A stretch of DNA of 64,000 bases, taken from NCBI RefSeq assembly GCF_964204645.1, contig NC_134029.1, forward strand, positions 13,728,850-13,792,849, in the 5' to 3' direction. The DNA is from Tubulanus polymorphus (lineage: Eukaryota > Animalia > Nemertea). The position numbers and the translations under genes are program-made. Of this stretch, positions 53,340-63,719 are shown piece by piece. How positions within the stretch are numbered: position 1 is the stretch's first letter; every line of letters starts with the position of its first letter. The notes beneath the pieces are model-generated. The model made no database searches. It was not told the DNA's origin and saw nothing but the letters and a program-made list of their open reading frames with translations.

Positions 53340-54625
53340 AACATAAAATCAATATCATCAAACTCGAAATCATTATTAGCTTCTTCATTTTCAGGTTCTT
53401 CTTCCATTCCATTTTTCTCATTTAAATAAAGTTCTATCTTGTTCCACATTTCATCTCGCTCTCTTTGTTTCTTTTTGTTTGTTAATTCATCAAATGGAAT
53501 TATAATATCTAGGTTTAAATAATTTACAATCTTATTTAAAAAAAATTCATAATTTATTGAATCTGTTATTCTATTTTCCAAATGATACATTAATATTTGT
53601 TTAAATATTTTTTTTATATTTTCCATATCTTCTTCTGTTAATTTAGGTTTTTCATAATAATCGTTTGATAATAAATATAAATACATTTTCTTTTGTTTTG
53701 TGTTACATGTTGGTGGAATAATTGTTTTTATAATATCTTTTTTAGTTATTTCGCCATTTTTATTTTCTATTATTTTCATTTTTTCAAGCCATTGCATATA
53801 TTCTGGTGTATGATCTTCTATAGAAAATATTTTAAAAATTTCATCAAGATAATTTAATTTTGGATCTATAAGAAAATTTCTAGTTTTTTCTTCATCCCAT
53901 AAATTCTTTTGCCATCCACAATCAACACAAAATAACACAGTACCTTCTTGTCTTAAGGTCGCATAAATACATTGTGGGCATTTTTGTTTATAATTTATTG
54001 GTAATAGATCTTCATTAAGCTCTTGGTATTTTCTTACGTTTTCTTTATGTTTTATTGTTCTATTATGTAGATTTGAATTACTTGTTGTAATAATCAATTT
54101 ACAATATTTACAATAATATGTTTTTCTTGTTAATTCATTATATTGTTTTTCTAACTTTTCAACTGTTTCTTCATTATCTGGTAACGTTTTCTCATATTTT
54201 ATTTTTTCTAATAAATTATTTTTTCTTTCATTGAATTCAGTTTCAAATTTATTAGAAATTTTATCTATATGTGCTTTACTAAATTGATGATTCTCCCAAT
54301 CTTCTATATTGTCAGGGCTATATTTTACTTGACAAGGCTCACAGAAATTATTCTTTACATTATTCTTGTTATAAAATAAGAAAGGTCTTTTCCAAATAAC
54401 TTCAGGTTCAACTTCAGCAGAATTACTATCAACATTAGCCATTGCGCCATTAATTCTACACTTCTCTGAATGTTTTTTAACATAATTTCTTGAGAATAAT
54501 TGATTACATTTTGGGCAGTTTATTTTAGGGGGTTTATAATTTTCATCATGTTTTTTCATATGTCGAGCCTTATTACTTTTTCTTAGAAGTTCACCACAAA
54601 TTTCACATGCTATCTTCTCGTCCAT
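53336..54625 (-). CDS. multi zinc-finger protein with C-terminal poxvirus VLTF3 (A2)-like domain
   Basis: N-terminal C2H2 fingers; CPQC-x13-CVDC ribbon; IFKQILMYHLEN...SINYEFFLNKI...DEMWNKI resembles recalled vaccinia A2 IFKHLVFFCQEN...TINYSFFLDKI. Confidence 0.7.
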   Translation of the reverse strand: MDEKIACEICGELLRKSNKARHMKKHDENYKPPKINCPKCNQLFSRNYVKKHSEKCRINGAMANVDSNSAEVEPEVIWKRPFLFYNKNNVKNNFCEPCQVKYSPDNIEDWENHQFSKAHIDKISNKFETEFNERKNNLLEKIKYEKTLPDNEETVEKLEKQYNELTRKTYYCKYCKLIITTSNSNLHNRTIKHKENVRKYQELNEDLLPINYKQKCPQCIYATLRQEGTVLFCVDCGWQKNLWDEEKTRNFLIDPKLNYLDEIFKIFSIEDHTPEYMQWLEKMKIIENKNGEITKKDIIKTIIPPTCNTKQKKMYLYLLSNDYYEKPKLTEEDMENIKKIFKQILMYHLENRITDSINYEFFLNKIVNYLNLDIIIPFDELTNKKKQRERDEMWNKIELYLNEKNGMEEEPENEEANNDFEFDDIDFMF

Positions 54626-54682
54626 TTATTAGGGGAAAAAATTACTTGTGGTGATGAGTGTAATTTTTTTATGTTATAAATA
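54626..54682. promoter_or_regulatory. divergent promoter containing an inverted copy of the terminal promoter motif
   Basis: 54623-54660 is the near-exact reverse complement of 49360-49397. Confidence 0.7.
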
Positions 54683-55479
54683 ATGGTAGAATTAAAAGAA
54701 TACAGAATATTTGTTGATTCTAGAAAACTTATAAATTATAAATCTCATAATTTATTAGTACAATTAGATAGAGAATTTAAGAATTGTGTAGATTTAAAAT
54801 TAGTAAATATAAGTTTATGTAATTCTTTTTATAATATATCGGATAAAACTGATGAACATAGAAGCCTTCTTATTTTTGATAAACTTGAAAAAAAATGGAT
54901 TCAACTTATGCTTACACCAGGATTATATGATTTAGAAACATTAGAGCAAGAAATTAATAGAAAAGCTCGGATTAGATTAGGTAATGGTAATTCTAAATTT
55001 AATATTAAATTCATAAAAAGTGAGAGCTCTAATAAATTAAAATAAAGCTTGATGATGAACTTATTAAACTTGATAAATCTAATCCATTGATGACAAGAAG
55101 ACATACTTACACAGCAAAAAAACCTATAGCTAAACTATTAGGAATTACTCCAAATCAATTTGGTGGAAACAAACACGGTAACTCAAATATAATACCTTTT
55201 ACACACTTTTATATTTATTGCAATTTAATCGATCCTACAAAAACATTCGAAGCAACTAAAGATACAACATGTAATTCTAGTATATTAAACATTTTACCAT
55301 TGAAGAATGTTAAACAATTTGGAACGCAAATAAATTATAATTTAGCTGAATGTGATTTTAAACCTTGCATTCCTCATTTTAATAATTTTAGATTAGAAAT
55401 TAGAAATCATAATGGATACTTAATTGATTTAAATAACTTTCCTGTGATATATGAATTAGTTATAAGATGTAGAGAGTAA
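54683..55479 (+). pseudogene. putative minor capsid (penton-like) protein, one frameshift near 55035
   Basis: About 265 codons, beta-rich pattern, penton-like C-terminus. Confidence 0.65.
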
Positions 55480-55495
55480 TTTTTTCATTATATAA

Positions 55496-55852
55496 ATGAA
55501 TATAACTGTTGGACCGAGTATATGTTTTGGATTTGATTTTAAACATGGTAAAGAAATGAAATTTAACATTAATGATGTAATAACACATATCAAAAATGTT
55601 GTATTTTCTAATGAAACAACATTTGAGTATGAAACAACAATAGATAAAGAAACTTTAAATGTAGAAAAGATTACTAATTTAATTAGAGAATCTTTAAGAT
55701 TTTATGAATTAGATGAAGATTTTATAATCGATGATATTAAGAAAATAATAATTGAAATATATACAAATGAAACTAGTAATAAAATAAATGTTGAATTAAT
55801 CATCACTAAGTTAAATAAATATTTTGATGATAGTAATTTTTTTGATAAATAA
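55496..55852 (+). CDS. conserved hypothetical protein (118 aa)
   Basis: Intact, TAAATG start, homologue at 31777. Confidence 0.8.
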   Translation: MNITVGPSICFGFDFKHGKEMKFNINDVITHIKNVVFSNETTFEYETTIDKETLNVEKITNLIRESLRFYELDEDFIIDDIKKIIIEIYTNETSNKINVELIITKLNKYFDDSNFFDK

Positions 55853-56074
55853 ATGAGTGATAATAAGTGGATAATAACTGGATTATATAATGGCGCATTA
55901 CTATCAGTTGGAACTGTTGGTTATTCAATGGTATTAAAAAAAGTATTCAAAATGGGAAGTGTTAATGTTGATAGATTTGATATAAATGATATTTTGAAAT
56001 TAACATTAGCAGTTACTTTATCTAATTTAACTATTGATTATTTGGAAAAACAAAAATATATTCCTCCCATATAA
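55853..56074 (+). CDS. small hydrophobic protein (73 aa)
   Basis: Two hydrophobic segments; homologue at 32121. Confidence 0.75.
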   Translation: MSDNKWIITGLYNGALLSVGTVGYSMVLKKVFKMGSVNVDRFDINDILKLTLAVTLSNLTIDYLEKQKYIPPI

Positions 56075-56098
56075 ATGCATAATTTTTTTGCTAAATAA

Positions 56099-56521
56099 AT
56101 GGCTTCTGCAATTATAACTATTATAGGATCAGCAATAGTTAACGCTTTAGCATTTACTGGTGGTGGATATTTATTTAAACATATTGATAAAAATAGTTCA
56201 TTAGGAGAACAAAGAAGACATAATTTAGCGTTAGAGAAATACAATAAAGCAGCAGAAGAATATAGAGAAAAAAGACAAAACTATATGGATTACATCAATA
56301 AAGAATTATATGATCAGAAGATTTCACACAGAGATTTTCAATCAGTTGATGATGCAATGAGTTTATATAACGCAGTAACCAATAAAGAAAAATTACATCT
56401 ATACAAACCTAAATTATCAGATTATTATACCCCAAGTAAAGAACAACAGAAATATGAAATAATTTGGATTTTAGGTGGAACAGTTATTGTTATATTTGTT
56501 GCTTATAAGTTTACTAATTAG
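56099..56521 (+). CDS. membrane protein (140 aa) with N- and C-terminal hydrophobic helices
   Basis: Four copies in the window. Confidence 0.85.
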   Translation: MASAIITIIGSAIVNALAFTGGGYLFKHIDKNSSLGEQRRHNLALEKYNKAAEEYREKRQNYMDYINKELYDQKISHRDFQSVDDAMSLYNAVTNKEKLHLYKPKLSDYYTPSKEQQKYEIIWILGGTVIVIFVAYKFTN

Positions 56522-56540
56522 TAATTTTTATTCTAAATAA

Positions 56541-56975
56541 ATGGAAGATAAAGTTGATAGTATTGATATTATTCCTCATGATATAAATAAAACTAAATTA
56601 AAAACATATTTAGAAAAACAAATATTAGAATTCGAAAGTGACTTAAAGATAAAAAAGAAAAAATATTTAAAAAGTAAAATTATATATTATTTGATTATCA
56701 GTGGTTCGGTTACAATTAGTTCTGTAATAACATTTCTAGCAATATTCAGTCCATTAACACCTTTAGCTATATCAATTGGTGTATTAGGATTAAGTTCAAG
56801 TGTTTTAACTGGTATAAGTTCAAAATTAAATATAAAAAGTAATAAAGAAAAAATCAAAACTAATATAAAAGAAATAAATAAATTAAAGAACACACTAGAT
56901 TATATAATAAGTTTAAATGGTCATATAACGGTTGAAGAACAAGATAAATTATTAAAAGAATTAATAAATTATTAA
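56541..56975 (+). CDS. two-TM protein (144 aa)
   Basis: Central hydrophobic hairpin flanked by coiled coil; four copies. Confidence 0.85.
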   Translation: MEDKVDSIDIIPHDINKTKLKTYLEKQILEFESDLKIKKKKYLKSKIIYYLIISGSVTISSVITFLAIFSPLTPLAISIGVLGLSSSVLTGISSKLNIKSNKEKIKTNIKEINKLKNTLDYIISLNGHITVEEQDKLLKELINY

Positions 56976-56991
56976 TTTTTTAGTTATATAA

Positions 56992-58320
56992 ATGGGGTTT
57001 CCAAAAGCTTTCCAATATAATAAATCAATTAAATATAATATTCCGGCAATAGATTTTAAGAAAAATATTACATATAAAAATATAGTTTTAAATTCATTAA
57101 CTAATTTAGAAATTTATGTTAATGAATCACAGTTTTTTATTTCTAAAATGGAAAATATATTTAATACATATGAAGTTACTTTTACTCGAGATGAATATCA
57201 TAAATATAAAGTAAAATCTAATATGAAGTATTGGCAGAACCAATTAAATTTTGCTGTTTATTGTGCAACAACAGGATGTGGAATAAGTTGGAATGATCAT
57301 TTAAATAACTTAGATAAAAATTTGAAGTATTCTGATTTAAAATTAATTCACACAATATTTAGATTTCACACATATTTTCAAATCAGAATAATATTAAATG
57401 AATTAGAATGTCCTTTACCCGGGTCTAAATATTTTAAAGAATTGGATAATAATATTAATATATCCAAGTTTTATAAAATATGTAATGAATTTAATATAAA
57501 TATTAATTCCGATTTCAGAGCGCATGGTAAATTGCAAGGTGTTGGTGAAGAGTTTGAAATAAAAAGAATTGATTATATTCATAGAATTTCAGCTTATCAT
57601 AATTATAAAATTGATAATAATAATGGTTGGGTTAATTTCATTTTAGAAAATGGTGAAGGTTTTACAAAATCAGGTATACAAAGAATAAATCAATCTATTA
57701 GAATTTATTTGATATGTATTTTAGGCGCTCAAGTTGAAACAAGATCCCCAATAATTGGAAATGATAACACTTCATTTGATGCGCAGAAACAGTTTAAAGT
57801 TTTATTTGAAGATTCAATTCATAATGATAAAAATAGATCGATTCCAGAAAACATTATAAGATATCAAAATTATTTAGATAAATCTCATGTAAGACTTAAT
57901 TATTGTATAGGCCCTAATCTATTAATTATTTCTAATGATTTAGTATTAAAGATGGGAAACATAATTGGTTATAATAATCTAATTAAAACTGCAACAATAA
58001 ATAATTCATTTGGGTTAAATGATATAAATAAAAAGATTATTACTGCTCCAAAATTAATGGAAGGTGAAAAAAATAAAAAACACATTCAATCAACTGAAAC
58101 TAAAACTAAGAATATTAAATTAAATAATGATTCTAAAATAAAAGATTATAATACATCAGAAAATATTAGAACTGATAATGGTGTCATATGGCACCCACAC
58201 GGTGATATTCAACATGATGTAATTAAACTAAATGATGATAATAAATTCCATGAAAATACTAAATTAGCTATAACTTGTATAGGAATTGTTATAGGAGGAA
58301 TATTATATTTCAAATTTTAA
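56992..58320 (+). CDS. conserved 442-aa protein with C-terminal TM anchor
   Basis: Intact ORF; WQNQLNFAVYCATTGCG conserved in other copies. Confidence 0.85.
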   Translation: MGFPKAFQYNKSIKYNIPAIDFKKNITYKNIVLNSLTNLEIYVNESQFFISKMENIFNTYEVTFTRDEYHKYKVKSNMKYWQNQLNFAVYCATTGCGISWNDHLNNLDKNLKYSDLKLIHTIFRFHTYFQIRIILNELECPLPGSKYFKELDNNINISKFYKICNEFNININSDFRAHGKLQGVGEEFEIKRIDYIHRISAYHNYKIDNNNGWVNFILENGEGFTKSGIQRINQSIRIYLICILGAQVETRSPIIGNDNTSFDAQKQFKVLFEDSIHNDKNRSIPENIIRYQNYLDKSHVRLNYCIGPNLLIISNDLVLKMGNIIGYNNLIKTATINNSFGLNDINKKIITAPKLMEGEKNKKHIQSTETKTKNIKLNNDSKIKDYNTSENIRTDNGVIWHPHGDIQHDVIKLNDDNKFHENTKLAITCIGIVIGGILYFKF

Positions 58321-58336
58321 TTTTTTTATTATATAA

Positions 58337-59791
58337 ATGGATGTAGAAGGTGGAGAAGATATTGGAATGGATCCTTTTGATGAACCTAACATAACTGATG
58401 AACAACCACCTGATTTTGTTGAAACAAGTTTTAATGATGGTAATGAACCAGTATAAAACAATAATTTAAATATGCCTGATTATATTAAAAATGCTGAATC
58501 ACAATTAAATCCTGAAAATTTAGACCCAGATTTAGTAAAACAAGATTTAGATAATTTAAACAAAATACCTAAATTAGAAGATTTAATTGAAAAATCTAAT
58601 TTTAACATAAATGATGAAGACGTTGGACTTTTAGCAGATCAATTAAAATTTTTAGATAATGGTAAATGTTATTATCGTTTGAAAGGTGATTATTATATTG
58701 ATATCACTTATAAAAATAATAAAAATAAAATATTATCAGAATCAACTTTAGAAAAATTAAAACCAGATAGAATTAAAATAATAAGTAATAGTAATGAAAT
58801 AACTGATGTTACACAAAAAGAAATAGATGATAATATAGATGTATTTAAACAAAGAATTAATGAATTATTTGAAATAATCAAAAAGAAATCAGAAACAGAA
58901 ACAACTTCTGAACAGAATATAACTTCCAAAAATAGTAAACATAGATCAAATAAAGTTCCAATTGAAAAACTTTTACCGAATGGATTACTTGATGCAACAG
59001 ATCAAGAATTAGAAGATTTAGATATATTTTCTGATAAAGCAATTAGAGAAATTATTAGTATAAGACTTGCATCTGATAAAATTGCACATAATAAAAGTAT
59101 AAGAGATTTTAAAATTAGAACTTTAGAAAAAGAATTAACTGATAAAAATAAAGAAATAGAACAACTAAAGTCTGATTTAGATCATCAAGTAATTGATGAA
59201 ATAGAATATAGGCAAAAAGAATTACGTTTAGAAAAAGAAAAAGATGATTTAGAATATAACATAGAATTTCAGAAAGAAGAAATTAAATTATTATTAAAAT
59301 CATATGATTATAATATTAATAGATTAAAAGTTATTTTTAAAGATTTGTTGATTAAACCAAATTCTGAAATATAATTAAAAGATAGAATAAGATTATTATT
59401 TAAATTAGAAGGAATAACAATTCTTTCAATTCTAACAGCTGTAACTATGTTATTTACAACAATTGGTTTAGCAATATCAAATGCTTTGAAATCTACTCCT
59501 ACTCCCAATAAACCAGATAAACCTCCGGAAAATAATTCTATACAAGATAAAGTTAAAGATGGTTTAAAGAAATTAGCAAAATATTTATGGGAACTATCTA
59601 AAAAATCTGCTGCAGCACTACCAGGAGTTATTGCTTCAATTGTTGGTTTTGTTTTAAAATCTGCAGGAAACATTATTAACTTTGCTGCTGAATATATTAT
59701 TTTATTTTTAATCACAGTTGTAAGTGCTATTATTTTTGGGTTAGTGAATATGATATCAAAAAAATATCAAGTAAACCATGATAAAAAATAA
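58337..59791 (+). pseudogene. coiled-coil protein with C-terminal TM helices (~484 codons, in-frame TAA at 58454 and 59372)
   Basis: The ATG at 58337 and ORFs 58472-59374 and 59447-59791 are all in one frame. Confidence 0.8.
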
Positions 59792-59815
59792 ATGATTAAT
59801 TTTTTTGTTTAATAA

Positions 59816-61063
59816 ATGAGTGGGAGTTATATAAGTCCTTCTAAGATTTCTAGAATATCTAATGCTATTAAAGCAGAAAGATCACATCATATAATTACTC
59901 ATAACCCTTCAAATATTAATCCCGATGAAACTTTATATGTTAGAATTCCGAGATTAACACAAAATACTTTTTATGTTCCAAACAGTATTTATTTATCAGC
60001 TGATATAAAAGTATCTGGTAATAATAATAATTATGTCGTTGATAATGTTGGAAGATATTTGATTAAAAAGTTAACAATAAAGATTGGTCCGGAAACAGTT
60101 TTCTCATTAGATGATTATAATTTATTTATGCATTATAAAGATTTATGGTTAACAAAAGAAAATAGAAATAATATGATATTTCAGGGTATTCAATCAGAAA
60201 ACCAAAATAAATTAAGATCAGAAGCTAATAGCGCAATATTAACTAATGATGTAGATAAATTGATAAAAAGTATATATGGAAGCAAATATAAAATTCCATT
60301 AGACTTTGAATTGATAAATAATAATGCACCTTTATATAAATACGCAATTCAAGAAGATATTATATTTGAGATAACATTTGCTCCTGTAAATGAAATTGTA
60401 ATATCTAGCGTTAATAAAGATATGAATTATAAATTATCGAATATATGTTTAGAATATGATACAGTAACTGATGAAAATATTGCTAGAACAATTCAAACTC
60501 AATACAATCAAGGATTTTCATTATTATATGATTATATTGATAAATTTAAAACTGTAACTATTAATGCAAATGATGAAATAATAAATGAGAATATTAACTT
60601 CCCAAGAAGATCTATTAAAGGTATATTAATATTTTTTACTATTGGAACGTATACTAATGGTGCAATAAATGTTGACAATTATTATAATCCTGAAATAACA
60701 AAAGTAGAAATAACTATCGAAGGAATAGCAAATAAAATATTTTGTCAAGGAATGAGAATGATTGATCAATGGGTAGAAATTAAAAAACATTTTATGAATG
60801 AAAAAGTAAAATCATTTGAAAATTGTAACATTAATCAAATTGATTATTATACCGGTAATAAATTTGCATTATGGGTAGATTTTAGAACAACAGAAGATAA
60901 TTCATTACATGGTTCTGGAAAAAAACTACAGAACACTAAAGATGGAATACAATTATTCATGAAAAAGAATAAAGGAATCAAAAATTTTAAAATGCACATT
61001 TATATTATATCTGATGCGCAATTAAATATTGTAAATTCACAATTAGATAGTATTCAATATTAG
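59816..61063 (+). CDS. putative double jelly-roll major capsid protein
   Basis: 415 aa, beta-strand-rich, highly conserved between copies, next to integrase and ATPase. The fold is inferred. Confidence 0.7.
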   Translation: MSGSYISPSKISRISNAIKAERSHHIITHNPSNINPDETLYVRIPRLTQNTFYVPNSIYLSADIKVSGNNNNYVVDNVGRYLIKKLTIKIGPETVFSLDDYNLFMHYKDLWLTKENRNNMIFQGIQSENQNKLRSEANSAILTNDVDKLIKSIYGSKYKIPLDFELINNNAPLYKYAIQEDIIFEITFAPVNEIVISSVNKDMNYKLSNICLEYDTVTDENIARTIQTQYNQGFSLLYDYIDKFKTVTINANDEIINENINFPRRSIKGILIFFTIGTYTNGAINVDNYYNPEITKVEITIEGIANKIFCQGMRMIDQWVEIKKHFMNEKVKSFENCNINQIDYYTGNKFALWVDFRTTEDNSLHGSGKKLQNTKDGIQLFMKKNKGIKNFKMHIYIISDAQLNIVNSQLDSIQY

Positions 61064-61093
61064 AAATATAAAGTTAAAATTAAGCGTATATAA

Positions 61094-62221
61094 ATGGGTG
61101 GTAAAAAATCTCCTAATACTAAAGAACAATATTTAAGAAATTTATATTACAACCCTGAGAGTTCGGTTGCTTATTCTTCTACCAAACATATATGGCGTCA
61201 AGTAAAACAAGATAAATTAGATAAGATAATCCCACAAAATTTAGTTAAATATAAAGATATAAATGAATTTATGTTAGAACAACCAACATATACAACACAT
61301 AAAAAAATTGTTAGAAAATATAAAACTCGTAAAACTATGGTAAGTTATGTAGATCAACAGTGGCAAGGAGATTTAATTGATATGAAAAATGTTAAGAAAG
61401 ATAATGATGATTATTGGTGGTTATTGAATATAATTGATATTTTTAGTCGTTATGTATGGAGCTTCCCACTTTATAGAAAAGATGCTGTACAAACATCAAA
61501 TGTTTTAAGAAAATTTCTTTCAGGTGGTAAACTAAAACGAGAAAAAATTCAATTTGATGATGGAAAAGAATTTGATAATTCATTAGTTCATGGACTTTTA
61601 GATTTTCATAATATTAAATATTTTTCAACAAAATCGGATAAAAAAGCAGCAGTTGTTGAACGATTTAATAGAACATTAAGAACAAGAATGTGGAAATATT
61701 TTACAGCAAATAATACTTTTAAATGGATTGATGTTTTACCAAAATTGATAGAAGGATATAATAATTCTTATCATTCTTCTATTGGAATGAAACCTATTGA
61801 TGCTAGAAAACCTGAAAATGCTGAAATTGTTTGGAATAATTTATATGGAGCATTTCTTGTAGATGATTTTGGTGAACCTAAATTTAAAGTTGGTCAAAAT
61901 GTTAGAATTTCTAAGTATAAAAAGATATTTGACAAAGGATACGATCGAAATTTTACTAGAGAAATATATAAAATAAAAAAGGTAATAACAACAAAACCAT
62001 ATGTCTATAAATTAGAAGATTTAGATGGTGAAGAAGTTGATGGTTACTTTTACGAAGAAGAATTAAGTTTAACTACTGAAAATCTAGAACAAGAATATAA
62101 AATTGAAAAAGTACTAAAAACAAAAACTGTTAAAAGAAAAAAATATTCTTTAGTAAAATGGGTTGGATGGCCAGATAAATTCAATGAATGGATATTATCA
62201 AGTAAAATTAAAAATATATAA
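61094..62221 (+). CDS. retroviral-like (rve) integrase with C-terminal chromodomain
   Basis: DDE residues in WQGDL, QFDDGKEF and VVERFNRTL; YKIEKVLK...LVKWVGWPDKFNEWI. Confidence 0.96.
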   Translation: MGGKKSPNTKEQYLRNLYYNPESSVAYSSTKHIWRQVKQDKLDKIIPQNLVKYKDINEFMLEQPTYTTHKKIVRKYKTRKTMVSYVDQQWQGDLIDMKNVKKDNDDYWWLLNIIDIFSRYVWSFPLYRKDAVQTSNVLRKFLSGGKLKREKIQFDDGKEFDNSLVHGLLDFHNIKYFSTKSDKKAAVVERFNRTLRTRMWKYFTANNTFKWIDVLPKLIEGYNNSYHSSIGMKPIDARKPENAEIVWNNLYGAFLVDDFGEPKFKVGQNVRISKYKKIFDKGYDRNFTREIYKIKKVITTKPYVYKLEDLDGEEVDGYFYEEELSLTTENLEQEYKIEKVLKTKTVKRKKYSLVKWVGWPDKFNEWILSSKIKNI

Positions 62222-62830
62222 ATGAATAAGGAATTATTTATATTTGAGCCTCATAATATGTTAATTTCTGGCGTAACAAATTGTGGAAAAACTTATTTTA
62301 TATTAAATTTATTAGAAACTGTTTATGAAAACTATTTTGATAATATAGTATTATTTTGCCCAACCTATGAATTTAATCAAACTTATGATAGAAATATTAC
62401 TAGGAATAATAAATTTATTATATTAGATCCTAAAACAGTAAAAGAAAATTTAGATAATTGTATAAAAATAGCAATTGATATTTATAAAGGATCAAATACA
62501 TTATTTATCATAGATGATTGTGCTAATCTACATGATTCAAAAGTTAGAGAAAGTGAGTTATGTTATTTAGCTTTCTCTGGTAGACATTTTGGGATAACAA
62601 CTTGGGTTTTAAATCAAAAATATAATTCAATTGTTAAAGACTTTAGAGAAAACATTAGATTTCTAGTTTTATTCTACAATAAAGATAGAAAATCGATGAA
62701 AAATGCACTTGAGGAAAATGATATTATTCCACATGATTTACATAATGAATATATGGATAAGTTGAAAAATATTAAAAGATCAAAATTACTATTTAGATTA
62801 CAACACCCATTTAAATATGAATTTATTTAA
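62222..62830 (+). CDS. A32/FtsK-HerA family DNA packaging ATPase
   Basis: GVTNCGKT, LFIIDD and SGRHFG...NQ. Confidence 0.93.
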   Translation: MNKELFIFEPHNMLISGVTNCGKTYFILNLLETVYENYFDNIVLFCPTYEFNQTYDRNITRNNKFIILDPKTVKENLDNCIKIAIDIYKGSNTLFIIDDCANLHDSKVRESELCYLAFSGRHFGITTWVLNQKYNSIVKDFRENIRFLVLFYNKDRKSMKNALEENDIIPHDLHNEYMDKLKNIKRSKLLFRLQHPFKYEFI

Positions 62831-63096
62831 ATTCAACTAGCTTGTTAATCTAATTGAATTCTAGTTACATTCTAGTTGAATTCTAGTTGTTAGTAGTTGA
62901 AACAAAAATCAACTAGATTTAACAATATTTCAACTAGCTTGTTAATCTAGTTGAATTCTAGTTGTTAGTAGTTGAAACAAAAATCAACTAGAATGTAACT
63001 AGAAATAAACAAAAACAACAATATTTCAACTAGCTTGTTAATCTAGTTGAATTCTAGTTACATTCTAGTTGAATTCTAGTTGCAACAACACAACTA
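62831..63096. repeat. array of short palindromes (TTCAACTAG / CTAGTTGAATTC)
   Basis: Three units TTCAACTAGCTTGTTAATCTAGTTGAA near 62832, 62929 and 63025, plus subrepeats. Confidence 0.9.
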
Positions 63097-63113
63097 ATTT
63101 GTTTGTTATATAA

Positions 63114-63719
63114 ATGGGAGGTGAAAAGAAAATAAAATCTAAAAATGGTGATGTTCCAATTGAAAAAATTTTAGATGATTTAGGAATAACAGAAACAAAA
63201 TTAACTCCAGATGATGGTGCTTTAAATAATGTTACAACAAATAATAATTATGAATATTATCTTTATTGTAAACATCAATTAGAAATATTAATAGCATCTG
63301 GAAAATGTAAAAATTTTGTCGGTAAAAATTTAACTTATAATGAATTAGATACAATGAAATCAGATGAAATTATTAGATTATTTAAGATTTATGAATCCGC
63401 GAGAACAGCTAGAATTAATGACGCGATATCAGAAAATGTAGTAAAAGGTTATAGTAAATTATGTAATTATATACTACCAATTGAAGATGAAAATAGATTA
63501 TATTCTGATTTAAAAAATGATTATTTAGTTATGACTGAATTAAATAAATGGATTGGATATTTATCATTTCAATTAGGTGGATTTATGACATTATTATCAA
63601 CTGGAGTTATAACATTTTCAAATATTGAAAGTAAAAATATTTCTATAATAAATGAGCGAGGTGAAAGAAGTGAAGGAATTACCTGTGAAGAAAAAACCGA
63701 GAACTCAGAAACAAATTGA
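63114..63719 (+). CDS. conserved hypothetical protein (201 aa) with hydrophobic C-terminal segment
   Basis: Homologues at 14965 and 40027. Confidence 0.8.
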   Translation: MGGEKKIKSKNGDVPIEKILDDLGITETKLTPDDGALNNVTTNNNYEYYLYCKHQLEILIASGKCKNFVGKNLTYNELDTMKSDEIIRLFKIYESARTARINDAISENVVKGYSKLCNYILPIEDENRLYSDLKNDYLVMTELNKWIGYLSFQLGGFMTLLSTGVITFSNIESKNISIINERGERSEGITCEEKTENSETN

